Below, in pieces: positions 1 through 13,900 of a DNA stretch of 64,000 bases (its first letter is position 1; the number at the start of each line of letters is the position of its first letter). Both the position numbers and the translations under genes were made by a program. Under the pieces are notes generated by a model. It was not told the origin of the DNA. It saw nothing but the letters and a program-made list of their open reading frames with translations, and did no database searches. Source of the DNA: Phoronis australis. Taxonomy: Eukaryota; Animalia; Phoronida. The DNA lies in NCBI GenBank assembly GCA_002633005.1, contig NMRA01000008.1:2122598-2186597 (forward strand), given 5' to 3'.

Positions 1-1081
1 CAGAGTGCAATTTGTCTGTCATAGGTCATTTGGCGTTCAATGCGGTACGTTTAAAATCAGTTTTGGTTGGTACCTCGAATATCTAGTTTAGCTCATTTTT
101 GGGCCCTTTGTAAGACACCCAGGGGTCACACGTAGAGGGCAGACGACAGACGTCCATTTCTGTACCTACTGAGGTGGACTCTAAATGCTCCCGTGGTCAG
201 ATGTTGGTACCTCGTTCGTCTATGCTATGTACTCTGGGTTGCCGGTCTAACGCTTTGAGTGTTCCCTGTTTCCATGATGCTGGTTACACCACCTTCTAAG
301 GCCGAGTAAAATTTAAATACACGTGCGAAGATATACTTAGCGCATGTGAACGCGATTTAAATTGATGCACAAGTGTGAAGGCAAGATGGCTCGACCACTA
401 AAAAGTACCAGTCATGCCCATGGGCGGGGCGCAGCTTTGAAATAAGTAGGGGGGGGGGGGNGGGGGGGGGTAGAGCCCTCGCCGCCCAAGATTTTAAGGC
501 TCATACGCGAACGAGTCCACTAAAAAGGTAGACCATCCAAATTCAGTAATTCATAGCTCTGAACGTACCCCGTAAATCTTAGTAAAAGGTCCAAATTATC
601 AACAATTCGAGCAACCCCCGTTTTTTAGGACGAGTGTGCACATGGAGTTGGTCAAATTAACTGCAAGTTTGAAGCTTGTTCTCGGGTTGAACATCGTTTC
701 CATGGTAACGAACATATCACGGTAAGATATATTATATTCGGGTCCGATTTCGAGCCAGCTAAACAGAGCGAGATCCAGCTTTAAAAAGTATAGAGCACAC
801 GGTTTGTGTCGTGCATTTGCTGACACAGTGAAAGAAAGTCGGAGCAAAACTAAAAAAAAAAAAAAAGGCTTACGAAATAAACGCCACAGAAACACGTTCC
901 TCATTGGGAGCAAATTTGACTTCAAAATAGAATCTGTAGTTATTTTGCCTTTCTCACTGTTATAGATATCTTTTTTCTGACACATTATTTCCCTACAAAG
1001 TTAAACCATCTCCAACACATCACAAAGTACCCATTTGAGCATCAGAATTGAAACGCACTGATTACGAAAATACTACAAACA

Positions 1082-1087
1082 TTTATT
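1082..1087 (-). terminator. Candidate polyadenylation signal for MKI67
   Basis: AATAAA on the minus strand (tttatt) about 880 nt downstream of the stop codon. Confidence 0.4.
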
Positions 1088-1422
1088 CGGAAGAATTTCA
1101 CACAGAGTAAGAATGGAAATAGTTTGAAATACAGTAAGAGACGCCACTTCCAGTCGGGTTAAAATCTACAATTGTCTATGATTTAGGATTCCAATAACTC
1201 AACTGCACGAGCACATGTTGGTAGACCTTGTTTAACGTATTTGTACGAGTGAGACATTTGAAAACCGTTCAGTCACACAGTCACGCTACTTTCTAAGCCA
1301 GAGCACACAGACTTGGCTTCACAAATATCCAAAATACTTCACAAACATTCAGGATTGTTACATAAAAATACAGAAACACGTGAACTTTACAATTGCGAGA
1401 ATTCTTACTTCACAAATATCCA

Positions 1423-1582
1423 TGAGCCTGTTTCACCACTTACAACATCGGAAGCAATCCAGTTTTTAACAGATTTAGGTGGGAATTTGATGTAAATGAA
1501 AACTATCTAAGTTTTAGATTAAACCAGATCTTGATCTAATTCCTTAATTTTACAGGTTGACACAACTTGTGAAACAGGCCCA
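1423..1582. mobile_element. MITE, PIF/Harbinger-like ends
   Basis: Terminal inverted repeats tgagcctgtttcac ... gtgaaacaggccca; lies in the putative Ki-67 3' UTR. Confidence 0.5.
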
Positions 1583-1967
1583 GACCAGAACAACTACGAG
1601 AGACTACAACAATGGGCTAAAAAGAAAAAAAAAAGTACATCCCATGAAACAGTGCTAGTGGTCAAACTGAACCTCACTGCCGACAGGTGGAGCTTCGACC
1701 AAGCACAGGAAACACCACATCCACCAGTCAACAAATTAAGCGACTTTCATCTCTACTAGTTCAACCACAATACCTGAGCATTTGAGCTATTTACAAACAC
1801 ACCAATCCACAGTGGCTTAATAAAGTCAAAACAACAGACTGCTAAAAAGTATAATGATAAAAACGATTAAAATATGCTAAAAGAAATCCGATTATTCAAC
1901 ATTAAGCCACATGTTTAAAATAAGTATAATAAAATAACTTATGTACAATACTCCCCTCATCTAATGC

Positions 1968-4900
1968 CTATACACGCCTCGCTCGTGTAACCCTCTTTGA
2001 TGGTTTCTGCGGGCTAGCAGGCTTAGCAGCCCCTTTGCCGCGAGTTAGCTTAGGTGTAGTTGGCTTCACAGGACTCGCAGCTTTGGCAGTTTTTTTACTA
2101 CGTGTTGGTTTAGGTGTGGCTGGCTTTGCAGGGCTTGCCTCTTTCGCAGGAGCGACGGGCTTGGAAGCCAATTTGCCACGTGTAGGTTTAGGTGTAGCTG
2201 GCTTCAAAGGGTTAGCAACTTTCACAGGAGATGCAGCCTTGCCAGCACGTTTACCACGTGTTGGCTTAGGTGTAACTGGCTTAACAGGGCTTGTCGCCTT
2301 CACAGGAGCGGCAGGTTTGGCAGCTCGCTTACCACGTGTTGGTTTAGGTGTAGCTGGCTTTACAGGGCTTGCCTCTTTCACAGGAGCTGCAGGTTTGGCA
2401 GCTCGCTTACCGCGTGTTGGTTTAGGTGTAACTGGCTTTACAGGGCTTGCCTCTTTCACAGGAGTGGCAGGTTTGGCAGCCTGCTTACCACGCGTAGGTT
2501 TAGGTGTAGCTGGCTTTACAGGGCTTGCCTCTTTCACAGGAGCGGCAGGTTTGGCAGCTTGCTTACCACGTGTAGGTTTAGGTGTAGCTGGCTTTACAGG
2601 GCTTGCCTCTTTCACAGGAGCGGCAGGTTTGGCAGCTCGCTTACCACGTGTTGGTTTAGGTGTAGCTGGCTTTACAGGGCTTGTCTCTTTCACAGGAGCG
2701 GCAGGTTTGGCACCCCGTTTACCGCGTGTTGGTTTAGGTGTAGCTGGTTTTACAGGGCTTGCCTCTTTCACGGGAACTGCAGGTTTGGCAGCTCGCTTAC
2801 CGCGTGTTGGTTTAGGTGTAATTGGTTTTACAGGGCTTGCCTCTTTCACAGGAACTGCAGGTTTGGCAGCTCGCTTACCGCGTGTTGGTTTAGGTGTAAC
2901 TGGCTTTACAGGGCTTGCCTCTTTCACAGGAGCTGCAGGCTTGGCAACCTGCTTACCACGCCTTGGATTAGGCGTAGCTGGCTTCAAAGGGTTTGCAACT
3001 TTCACAGGTGATGTGGTCTTAGCAGCTCGCCTACCCCGAGTTGGTCTAGGCGTAGCTGGCTTAACTGGGCTTGCCTCTTTCACATGTGATACAGCTTTGG
3101 CAGCCCGTTTACCTCGAGTTGGTTTAGGCGTAGCTGGCTTAACAGGGCTTGCCTCTTTCACAGGTGATGCAGGCTTAGCAGCCCGTTTACCTCGTGTTGG
3201 TTTAGGCGTAGCTGGCTTAACATGGCTTGCCTCTTTCACAGGAGCTGCAGGCTTGGCAGCCCGTTTACCTCGGGTTGGTTTAGGCGTACTTGGCTTAACA
3301 GGGCTTGCCTCTTTCACAGGTGATGCAGGTTTGGCAGCCCGTTTACCTCGAGTTGGTTTAGGCGTAGCTGGCTTAACTGGGCTTGCCTCTTTCACAGGTG
3401 ATACAGTTTTAGCAGCACGTTTACCTCGAGTTGGTTTAGGCGTAGCTGGCTTAACGGGGCTTGCCTCTTTCACAGGTGATGCAGGCTTGGCAGCCCGCCT
3501 ACGAGACGGTACAGGTTCAGGTTTCACAGATGCATTATTGTTAGCATTAGGTGTTGTACGAGCCTTCTTGGATGACGGGGCACTCGCAGGCAAAGCAGCA
3601 GCAGGTCTTTTCACAGAGCTTTTTGGGGTCGAAAGTAACTCGGCAACGCCAGTCAGGTCTACTTCCTTTTCAGGCTTTGGTGACCTCATCAACTCACGAA
3701 CACCAGTCAGCTGGGCACTGCGTCGCTTGTTTTTAGGACTTTTGACCAACTCCTTCACACCTACAAGACTGACACTCTTCCTTGACTGCTTGGGAGTTTT
3801 CAGCAGCTCTCGCACGCCGACTAAGCTGGTGCTCTTACGGGCGGAGCTCTTACGGCGTGGTGTGACTGTCAGTGGTGACACAAACATTTCTCCAGGACCT
3901 TTTGGAGTGTCGGGCAGGTCAGAGTATGGCGAGGCTGCCGGCGTCTTTTGTTTCTTAGGACTGGGTGTACGGAATAGTTCAGAGACACCACTGAAGCTGA
4001 CATCCCCCATGACCTTAGCCACCTGGGAGCAAAAGACTTTTATTAGCAAAACAAGTGGTTAGAATGGAGTGAAAAAAAGAAAACCTACTAAGAGAAGCAT
4101 ATCAAGATCAAAATGCGGTGTTCACAGACAATTGGGATTTGACACGTTTTGTAATTAAATGAGCTTCTGGGGCTGCTCTGTGCAATTAACATTCAATGTT
4201 AATGTTTTTCCCCAGGCATGAATGTGACCTATGTATACACTAAATAAGAGGACTCAGGCCAAAAAGTATCTAGTTCCACTCTGTACCCCAACTCAGTTTG
4301 AAACCTGCAGCTCACTACTTCAAGACAAAAAATTCCTAAGTTACATCAATTTCAGCCAAGGTTTCAAAAAGTTTGAATCCCCCACAAACCCAGGCAAGCT
4401 CTAAGCAAGGAGTGTACATTGGTGTACATAGTATAGGTGAGTTCACTATGCCATCTTGCCATTCACCGCAATGGGCATCAGTCGAAACCTACTGCAACCA
4501 AGCGGCGAATAAGCAACACTAATTTTGCGGTGCAGGCCGAACCATGTAAACACTGATAAATTCAAACTTTAATGACGTTCGACGTGCAATAAAATTACTG
4601 TGCAAAGGTGGGCAACTAAAATTAAAAACAAAGACCAGAACCAACAGTTTTTTATCCTAAATCATGGCTTTTATGTTTGACATTGTGCAATGTATCTTGT
4701 ATATCATACTGATGGAAAAACGAGCATTTCTTTAAAAGTGAGATATGTGCACACCACAAGATCACAAGGTAGTGTGACTATTATGCTGGGACACAAATAT
4801 GTGTGGTCCAATAGTATACCTTGAGTAGCGTTTTTCTTGTCCTCACCAGAAAAATAATTAAATTGAAGTATAGGAAACATCTAACATTTCTACAATGCCT

Positions 4901-7900
4901 GGAGTAGTTTTCACAACTGCACTGTCTGGCATAGAACACAAGGGCAATACTTCTTTCATGTCAAATTGTTATCAACTTAGCCTGAAGTCACTTATTTCAA
5001 GGCTTTCGAAAGCACAGTCGAATTTCTTATAGCGTATCTTGCAATTTAGGCTCGAGATAGCCAAGACTACCTGCACTGCTTACTCAAACCAACACTCACC
5101 TTTTTCCCAACACTTTTCCGGCCTTTACGAGGCAGAGGTTTCGGAGTCTTTGCCAGTTTCTTGTGGATGACAATGGTGGCAGGAGAAGCAGCGTGGCCTG
5201 TGCTGACCACTCCGGCCCGAGCAGCAGCAGGAGTGCCAGGACGAGCCTGTAATTACAAAGTGACGAGAGTGAGCTCAGCAAATTCAGGTCATAGACAAGA
5301 CAAACACATGATCTCTTACGCACTATCTTTCTCCCTCTACATATATATCTGTATTTATATTTATCAACAAAATAAAATTTGAATCGCCCACTGTCAAAAA
5401 AAAAACAGCCTTTGATTTAGACCACCCACTGTTCAATATAAGTGTCACCCTTTCCCTCACTCAAATTAGACACAGTTTTTAGGCTTGAGAAGAACTGAAA
5501 GGTAGTTATTTCCTCCACATCAAACCCCTAAGTTGCTTATCAAAAGGGTATAGCGTCAGTCTCCAGGACAGTATAAACGTCTTAGGAATCCCAGGTGACT
5601 GATTATGGTCAATTCAAACAAAAACAGGAACACGAAGATGTTGCTTTGGATGAGAATATACAATTGGGAAGAAATTTGTTTCTAACACCAGGGCACCGTT
5701 TATAACGGGACTAATTTGAAAACAAGGCTCAAACCAACTTTGTTTGGGAGCAGTTTGCATGTCTTAACAGAAATATGGAATTCATGTTGTTTTTCTCAAT
5801 TCTAGGCCTTGAAAAGATTTATTTCTCTTGTAGTAGCAAAACAGACAAAATGATACCTCCCTTACAACATACTGTCAGAGCAAGGTTCCAAAAGAGCGTC
5901 TACATTTCCCGCTGAAAACACAGGAGCTTTTTGAACCGAACATCAATTTCAGAAATGGACACCACCCCAGGATCCAAGCAATAACACCCCTAAAACTTGT
6001 GATGTAGCCAACAGGTGGCATGCAGACCTGCACTACAAAGCAGCCTTTGGTGTGGTTACTGTGAACTTTTGTTGAAGTGACATTAACCCGTGCTTTCTGT
6101 TAACAAGTTTTGATTTAGTGCACTTGTCGCTATGAAATTCATCTCAAATTGTTCCTCAATCAAATATGAGAACATTCCAGGACTTCAAAAGAACTGACAG
6201 CTTACTATTGCTGAAGAACCCAAGCTCGTAAAATTACATGTCATGCAGTGACCTGAAATTTTATGAGCTTGGTCAGGTACTGTCAATTCTACCCGAGATC
6301 TCTTCTAAATCGACTAAGGGACAAGACAAATTTTACAATTCTAAATGGATTATATCGAAACTAGATTTTTGACAGAAAGCATGGGTTTAATGACGTTTTA
6401 AAAAGTTACAAAATTTACCTTTGAAACAACTTTGTCGGTGACTTTCTTCTTTTGCAACACAGCTTTTGGCTGCTTAGCAGACTGCACAGGCTGCGTCTGT
6501 GTGATGCCCTTTTTCACAACGTCGGCCCATGTCTTGGGTCTGGGGCTTCGGCCAGGAGTTTTAGGGGTTCTCCGTGGCGAGCGACCAGCCGAGGCTAACT
6601 TGGGCGTGGCCGTCTTGCCGTAAATGGCGCGAAGAGCCACAGCTGTCTTGAAGTCAGCTGGAGGAGACGGCACCTTCTCAACACGAGCGCGCTTGGCACT
6701 GCTGACGACCGGCGTTGAGGCAGCACGTTTAGTAGCCGCTCTTTTGGGCGATGGAGATGCTTCAGCTTTTGCCGTTTTGGGTGTGGTGGCCTTAGGAGCA
6801 GGTGCCTTAGGTGTAGCAACTTTGGGCGACTTCGGGGTAACAGCTTTAGGAGTAGTGGTTTTAGGCGTGACAGCTTTAGATTTTGGAGTAGCGGCCTTTG
6901 GAGTAGGGGCCTTGGGTGTAGAAAGTTTGGGAGACTTGGCAATGCCAACGACGGGTGTGGTAGCAGCACGTTTGGAGGCCGACTTTTTAGGAGACGGAGA
7001 CACTGCAGTTCTAGCAGATTTGGGGGTGACGACCTTTGCTGCAGGAGACACTGCCTTTGGTGTATTGAACATTTCCGGCAGACCNTGTGAAACTTACATC
7101 GGCAAGTTTTGAAGGTGGGGATCTTACACGTGTAGATTTCTTAGACGGTGTGACGGCATTTGCAGGACTCTTAGCTGGTGTGGCAACCTTTGCAGGACTC
7201 TTAGCTGGTGTGGCAACCTTTGCAGGACTCTTAGCTGGTGTAGCAGCCTTAGCAAGACTCTTAGCTGGTGTGGCAACCTTTGCAGGAGTTGCCTTACGTG
7301 GGCTTGGGGACCTCGCAGGACTCTTAGTAGGAGTAGCTGCCTTTGCAGCTCGACGAGGGCTAGCACCTTTCACAGGTGATGCCTCTTCGGCACTATGAAG
7401 TGCCAAGTGGAACAGATGGCCTTCCTCCTTGTTCAGCTCCTCAAGCAAGCGCAGCTCTTTCGGAGACATCTCCTGATGAGGTACATGGGGTGACTGGACT
7501 TGAACGTGTTTAGTGCTCTTCTGTTTTGGAGATTTGCCAGCTGGTGATTTTGGACTTGCTTTAGACGGGACACTTACAGAAACAGCCGGACCTTTGGGAC
7601 TACGAGCAGGTGATTTGGAAGAGGGTGACTTCGCCTTAGTGACCTTTGGAGATTTCACAGGACTTTCTTCTTTAATTGTGGTCGTCCTTGGAGTGGCAAT
7701 GGAGGCGCGCTTCTTCAGTAACCCCCTAGCACGACTTGGTGAATCAACGGCACCATCGAGAGAGTTTCTCGGAGCCGCTCCCTTTCTGAGAGGTGTGCCA
7801 GGAGGCAGATACTTGTCGAAGTGCTCAGGACTCAGTTGAGGACCAAAGGAGACGCGCTTTCTTTTAGAGGCTGTTCCAGGCTGGTCACTAGATTTCCTTT

Positions 7901-10900
7901 TTTTGCCAGTTGAAACTGAAAAAGAATTTCAGAGGGAGGTTCTCACAAATGTACTTTCATTTGGCAGCATAACTTGACAGTTAGAAAGGCAATACATTTT
8001 GGACATAAATGCAACTTTATACACTCTTTCATGCAAAAAATTCATTTCACGTTAATCATGGCAAAACACAGCTTCCGGAAATATGAAAAGATAAACGAAG
8101 TGGTCAAAATGAATCTACTGGCACATGTTAATGAAAGAAAGGTATTTTCCATAACTGAAATCACAACTGAAGTCATGCAGTGTGCACAATAATGTTGACT
8201 CACGGAGTGGAAATTTGTAGAAGTCGGATATAATGTGCCCGCATTTTGAATAGCAGGGTTCAAGCTGATTCTCAAAATGTGGGCACTGTATATGCAACTA
8301 TTGCCATAGAAATTTGCGTCACGTAGCCTCCTGAGTAAATCATAAGGAACTCTAGTCTAAAAGAGAATTGTGGGAGCGAAATTGAACACACAGGGTCTCG
8401 CACTGTTCCAACAACTCTATTATCCAGGATAAGTTGAGATAGCACTACCACAACACAACCGACTCTTGGAGCTGCCTCTTGAATATGCAACAACTCTTAG
8501 TCACGTGACATTCACCGCCATATACCAGTCTTCACACAACTGTATTACACTTGGTGAAATAGATTCAGTGCCAATTAGACTCTTCGCCAATAATGTTGAC
8601 GTTCTCTATGAAGACGGAAGAGCTGTTTAGGATCAAGTGTTCACGGGCAGCTGTAGGTTTATCCAGTTTCTTATGTTCTTAAGTCTAGTGTCCATATTAC
8701 GTTTGGTCTCTCTGTCACACGAGAATTTATAAATAACACAAGATTGTTTGCCTACAGGTGTAGTCTTTGGGTCTGACTTGCTGATTACATTTAAAAGTAG
8801 ATAACGGACAATTTACAGGAGCTTCACAATGTCTTCAAAATGACCAAATGCACCTACCTCGCTTCACAGGTGACACGACCTTGACTGGAGTCTTCTTCAC
8901 AGGACTCTGCACACTCTCGTCCAGTTCAGCCACTGGCTGGGAACGTCTCCGTATAGCAGTGAGGCCAGTCTTTAGCGTGGCTACAACAGGTTGGCGAGGA
9001 CTTCCAACCAGCTAGGAGCACAACAAATGTTTGTAAGATTAACTCTTAAATCTTGAAATATAGCTAACCAATAAGTCAACAATGGAAAAATATTGCATTT
9101 CTTGAGAACTTTTCTATTTCTTAAAATAGCTTTGAGCCAAGGCTTTGAATAAGGGCTGTTCCAGCAAAATCTGTATGGGAGGGGGGGGGACGGCAGTTGA
9201 AATAAAAATTTATGGGTGGTTGTCTTTACAAAAAAATTTAAATCACAGGTGATCCTTCTTGAAAGAAGTATATCATTAAAAGTGTGTGGTGTTTTGTGTC
9301 CTGTGAATGTTGACAGGTGGGTATTTTCAGCCAAACAGCGACCTCAAAAGAAATCAATACTCATCAAAAGTTCACTTGCCAGATACCCAAAAATATCCAA
9401 AAACAACAAAACGAGAGCGCTCGGAGGAGCGACACTTGGCGGAATTAATCGAAAGACGACAATGGGGAGGACGACGACAATCATGACTATCAAGGCGGCA
9501 ATAATGAATAACACGGTAACATTCATGTGACTAGCGAAGAAATCAAATAGAGAGCATATAATGAACTGCAATAAAGAACAATAGATAGCGCAACATGACG
9601 GACGAGCTATGCTTTGTTTCCGCAATCCAAAATAGGTGGCACTATGTGACAGTCTGCAGAGCAAAGTTATGTTTACAATAGTATTTCGCCTGGAATTCCA
9701 GTCTACAGTACGACAGTGCTACCTGGGTCAGTCGGGGTCAAAACTCTCTGTTAACTTGTGCAGACATAACCAAAACAAAGTGAACTGAAAGCCAGCCAGC
9801 TGAGTGCATACGTGACCGAAGGACCAACGGTATCCGAAAATCTCGAATAATTCAAAAAGTAGACGTCGTAGCGCAAAATGGAAATTATCATCTGAAAGCC
9901 CGTTCAAAACTCTATCTAAAATGGTAGTTTGGCAAACACGATAACGTTCATGTGACTAGCGACGAAATCAAATAGAGAGCATACAATCAACTACAATAAA
10001 GAACGATAGATGGCGCCACATGACGGTCCAGTCTACAGTAGAACAGTGCTGGCTGGGTCAGTCTGGGTCAACTAGGCATAATCAAAACAAAGTGAACTGA
10101 AAGCCAGCCANNNNNNNNNNNNNNNNNNNNNNNNNNNNNNNNNNNNNNNNNNNNNNNNNNNNNNNNNNNNNNNNNNNNNNNNNNNNNNNNNNNNNNNNNN
10201 NNNNNNNNNNNNNNNNNNNNNNNNNNNNNNNNNNNNNNNNNNNNNNNNNNNNNNNNNNNNNNNNNNNNNNNNNNNNNNNNNNNNNNNNNNNNNNNNNNNN
10301 NNNNNNNNNNNNNNNNNNNNNNNNNNNNNNNNNNNNNNNNNNNNNNNNNNNNNNNNNNNNNNNNNNNNNNNNNNNNNNNNNNNNNNNNNNNNNNNNNNNN
10401 NNNNNNNNNNNNNNNNNNNNNNNNNNNNNNNNNNNNNNNNNNNNNNNNNNNNNNNNNNNNNNNNNNNNNNNNNNNNNNNNNNNNNNNNNNNNNNNNNNNN
10501 NNNNNNNNNNNNNNNNNNNNNNNNNNNNNNNNNNNNNNNNNNNNNNNNNNNNNNNNNNNNNNNNNNNNNNNNNNNNNNNNNNNNNNNNNNNNNNNNNNNN
10601 NNNNNNNNNNNNNNNNNNNNNNNNNNNNNNNNNNNNNNNNNNNNNNNNNNNNNNNNNNNNNNNNNNNNNNNNNNNNNNNNNNNNNNNNNNNNNNNNNNNN
10701 NNNNNNNNNNNNNNNNNNNNNNNNNNNNNNNNNNNNNNNNNNNNNNNNNNNNNNNNNNNNNNNNNNNNNNNNNNNNNNNNNNNNNNNNNNNNNNNNNNNN
10801 NNNNNNNNNNNNNNNNNNNNNNNNNNNNNNNNNNNNNNNNNNNNNNNNNNNNNNNNNNNNNNNNNNNNNNNNNNNNNNNNNNNNNNNNNNNNNNNNNNNN

Positions 10901-13900
10901 NNNNNNNNNNNNNNNNNNNNNNNNNNAAAAAAAAAAAAAAAAAAAAAAACTTGCTGTCAGAGCAACATACTTGGCGGAAGAATTCCGCCAAGTAACAAGC
11001 CCGTGTTGCTAGTGTACAGAGTGCATCATGTACACTATGCCCTTACTCAAGTCATAGGCGACTTGATTACAGGTATTGGCTGTACAGTCCTATTAGAATA
11101 CTGCAACACTAATCTGGTGTTCATGCATCTAAGAAAACTGACAAATAACAAGAGCAACGCGGAGCATTGAAATGCAGCCACAAATGGTGTGCTTCTAGAG
11201 TTGTTTGTTTCATAAAAATAGTCACTAAATGGTGCAAAAATGTCCAGTCCACCTGAAAACGGGAACATGCCGTTGCTTTTTAATAGAAAGCTATTTACCA
11301 AATTTCATAAAAATCTGTCATGGAAAACGAAAAAAAAAAAAAATGAAATTGCCATTATGGGCACAGCGTTCATTGGATCTGCCTGAAAGACGTCATCATC
11401 TGTAGTTAGCTTCATATGTTAACTAAATACAATTATTAAATTTAATAAAGATCCTGCAGTGTGTTTAGGAGATGCAGCTATCGGCGCAAAACAAAACAAA
11501 ACTACCCCTAGGAGGCGCCACAGTAGATGAATTCATTATCGACAACTGTCCTCTTCACACTGAAAACATACATGCCAATTTTCAAAATCATCCTTAAAAT
11601 GGTTTGGTTGATTGAGGGGTGGACGCAGGAAAAATGGCCACTAGGTGGCGCAAAGTACCTCGATTCCATGCAAAAACGGGACGATAGTCTCATCTCACCA
11701 ACAGAGGCCTATATTTCAAATTTTTTGAAAATCTGTCGAAGATACAGAGGTAAACGTAAAAAACTAAAATTGCCACTAGGGGGCACACCTGTTGCCAGAA
11801 CCGTCCGAAAATCCTCGTCAGCTATTGTCAACATCATATACCGTACTCGTCCGGGTAACCGCCCATGCTCGGCTTACCGCCCAACCCCGAAATTTTCAAA
11901 TTTTCAGTTTTAAGCGCCCATGCTCTGCTTACCGCCCACCCTCAATTTTTCATGATCAAGACTGCCTTAAAAGTGTCTGTGCTTCTGTGAACGTTCGTCG
12001 CACAACAAAACGTGTGCAAGTCGCTTACCTTTCATTTACAATCAATCAGTTTTAGCGAAACCGGGAACTTGCCTTACTATGGCGGTAAAACACACGTATT
12101 CTCATACACTTTATTGAAGGAGACACAAGTTTTCATTTGGCTCACGCACGGAACTCGTGTCAGCACTTACTGATCACTGAGACAGCGCTTGTCGAATGTA
12201 TTTCATTGCCGTGGAAGAACAAGCAAAGCAGTACTTGACAATTTGAAGTCTGTGTTCTACCTTTCTGTGATTCCCCGTGTGTGCCGTGACAGTACACGAA
12301 ACATCACCACCCTGAGCAATGAAATAAGAGAAAGCACAAGCACACCAACATTATTTTAGACGCATCGTTTTAAATGTAAGCAGACACGAGTCATTGTGAC
12401 AAGCCAACTTGTCTCGGTTAAACGTGTTTTTAATGGCTCACTCCCGACACCAAAATGGAAACACCCAACCAAAATGGAAGCGCCCAACCAAAAGCAACAG
12501 CGCAAGAAATCAACTTTTTACAAAGCGCAAATCGAACATTCTATCCACATCCACGTGGTAAAAAAACTGCCACTAGGAGGCGCCACAGTAAGAACATACA
12601 TGCCAATTTTCACAATCATCCTTAGAGCGGTTTGGTTGATAGAGGGGCGGACTGAAAACAGCAAAAATGGCCACTAGGTGGCGCAAACTAAATCCATTCG
12701 AAAAACGGGATGATAGCGCCATCTCCCTAATAGATACCTATATGCCGAATTTTTTGAAAATACGTTGAGGACCCTAGAAGATATAGAGGTAAGCGTAAAA
12801 AACTAAAATTGCCACTAGGGGCACACCGGTAGTCGGATCCGTCCGAAAGTTCGCTCATGCCATCCCATATACATGTGGGCATATGAAAAATCATGATAGA
12901 TTTTACCGATTCAGACACATGTGGATTGTCTTTATAGTTTCACATATTGAATAATGAAATAGTTTACCTTGTTGCCCAAACTCAGACGTTTCGCTGGGGT
13001 CTTTGGAGTCACAGCCTTCGGACTTGCAACTAGGTAAGAACAGATTATGTGAATAGTTGAACACATAGTAACATGATTATAGTATGTTTCTGAAGAGCAA
13101 GACAGTTTGCTAGATGTTCCAATCATTCCCACGATGAAGTGAACAGCCCATGAAAAATGAGAGTGAATGACATCATCAGCATAAAAACAACGAATCGGTG
13201 CAAAAGTCAGTCGATACTAAAACTTGTAAACGAAGATGTCTTCAGAATCGTGTTGAGCTTCAAATTGCCACTCACGTCATATCTGACATTATTCAAATTC
13301 CTTACTGAAATATCACGTAGACGGGTACTCTAACATAAAACGAAGCAAACAGAAACAAAAATATCTAATCAGACGAAGGTGGACAAAATTACAATCAAAC
13401 ATTAGTACCTTTAGCAGCAGCCTTTGGAGGGGATTTCAACGTAGAAACTCGTGGAGACGTCTTCTGAGGCGTTGGTGATTTCCTAGGCGTTGGAGTCTTG
13501 GTCTTCGGCGTAGCTTCTTTAGGTGAGGTACTAGGGGTGAGTGCTTTAGGTGAGGAGACTCTGGAAGTCTTGGGGGTGTTCGCCTTGGGCGTGACAGCCT
13601 TAGGCGTAGCTACTTTAGGAGACTTGGGAGAAACAGCCCCAGGCGTAGGAGTCTTGGCCAAAGTAGGCTTAGGGGTGACAGCTTTTGGAGAAGGAGCCTT
13701 AGGTGTGGCAACCTTAGGGGTGGCAGATTTTGGAGAAGGGGCTTTAGGTGTGGCAGCTTTTGGAGTAGCGGCCTTAGGTGTGGCAGCCTTTGGTGTGGCA
13801 AGTTTTGGAGTAGGAGCCTTAGGTGTAGCAACCTTTGGTGTGGTGGCTTTTGGAGAAGGAGCCTTAGGTGTGGCAGCCTTTGGAGCGGCGGCTTTTGGAG

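Noticed and set aside
448-470. Poly-G tracts (also at 39431 and 48901) as G-quadruplex regulatory elements
   Set aside because: Each contains an N marking a contig join, so length and context are unreliable; such tracts are also typical MITE interiors.
2035-4062. 675-aa plus-strand ORF (also 6624-7112, 7087-7398, 13498-13980 and minus-strand ORFs at 24130-24708)
   Set aside because: Antisense shadows of low-complexity coding repeats that lack stop-forming codons; the opposite strand carries the recognisable motifs and splice sites.
7085-7097. Apparent 13-nt micro-intron or frameshift in Ki-67
   Set aside because: A GTAAGT donor runs straight into an N, so the intron and acceptor are missing from the assembly.
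10068-10991. 307-aa ORF
   Set aside because: Consists of N-gap X residues.
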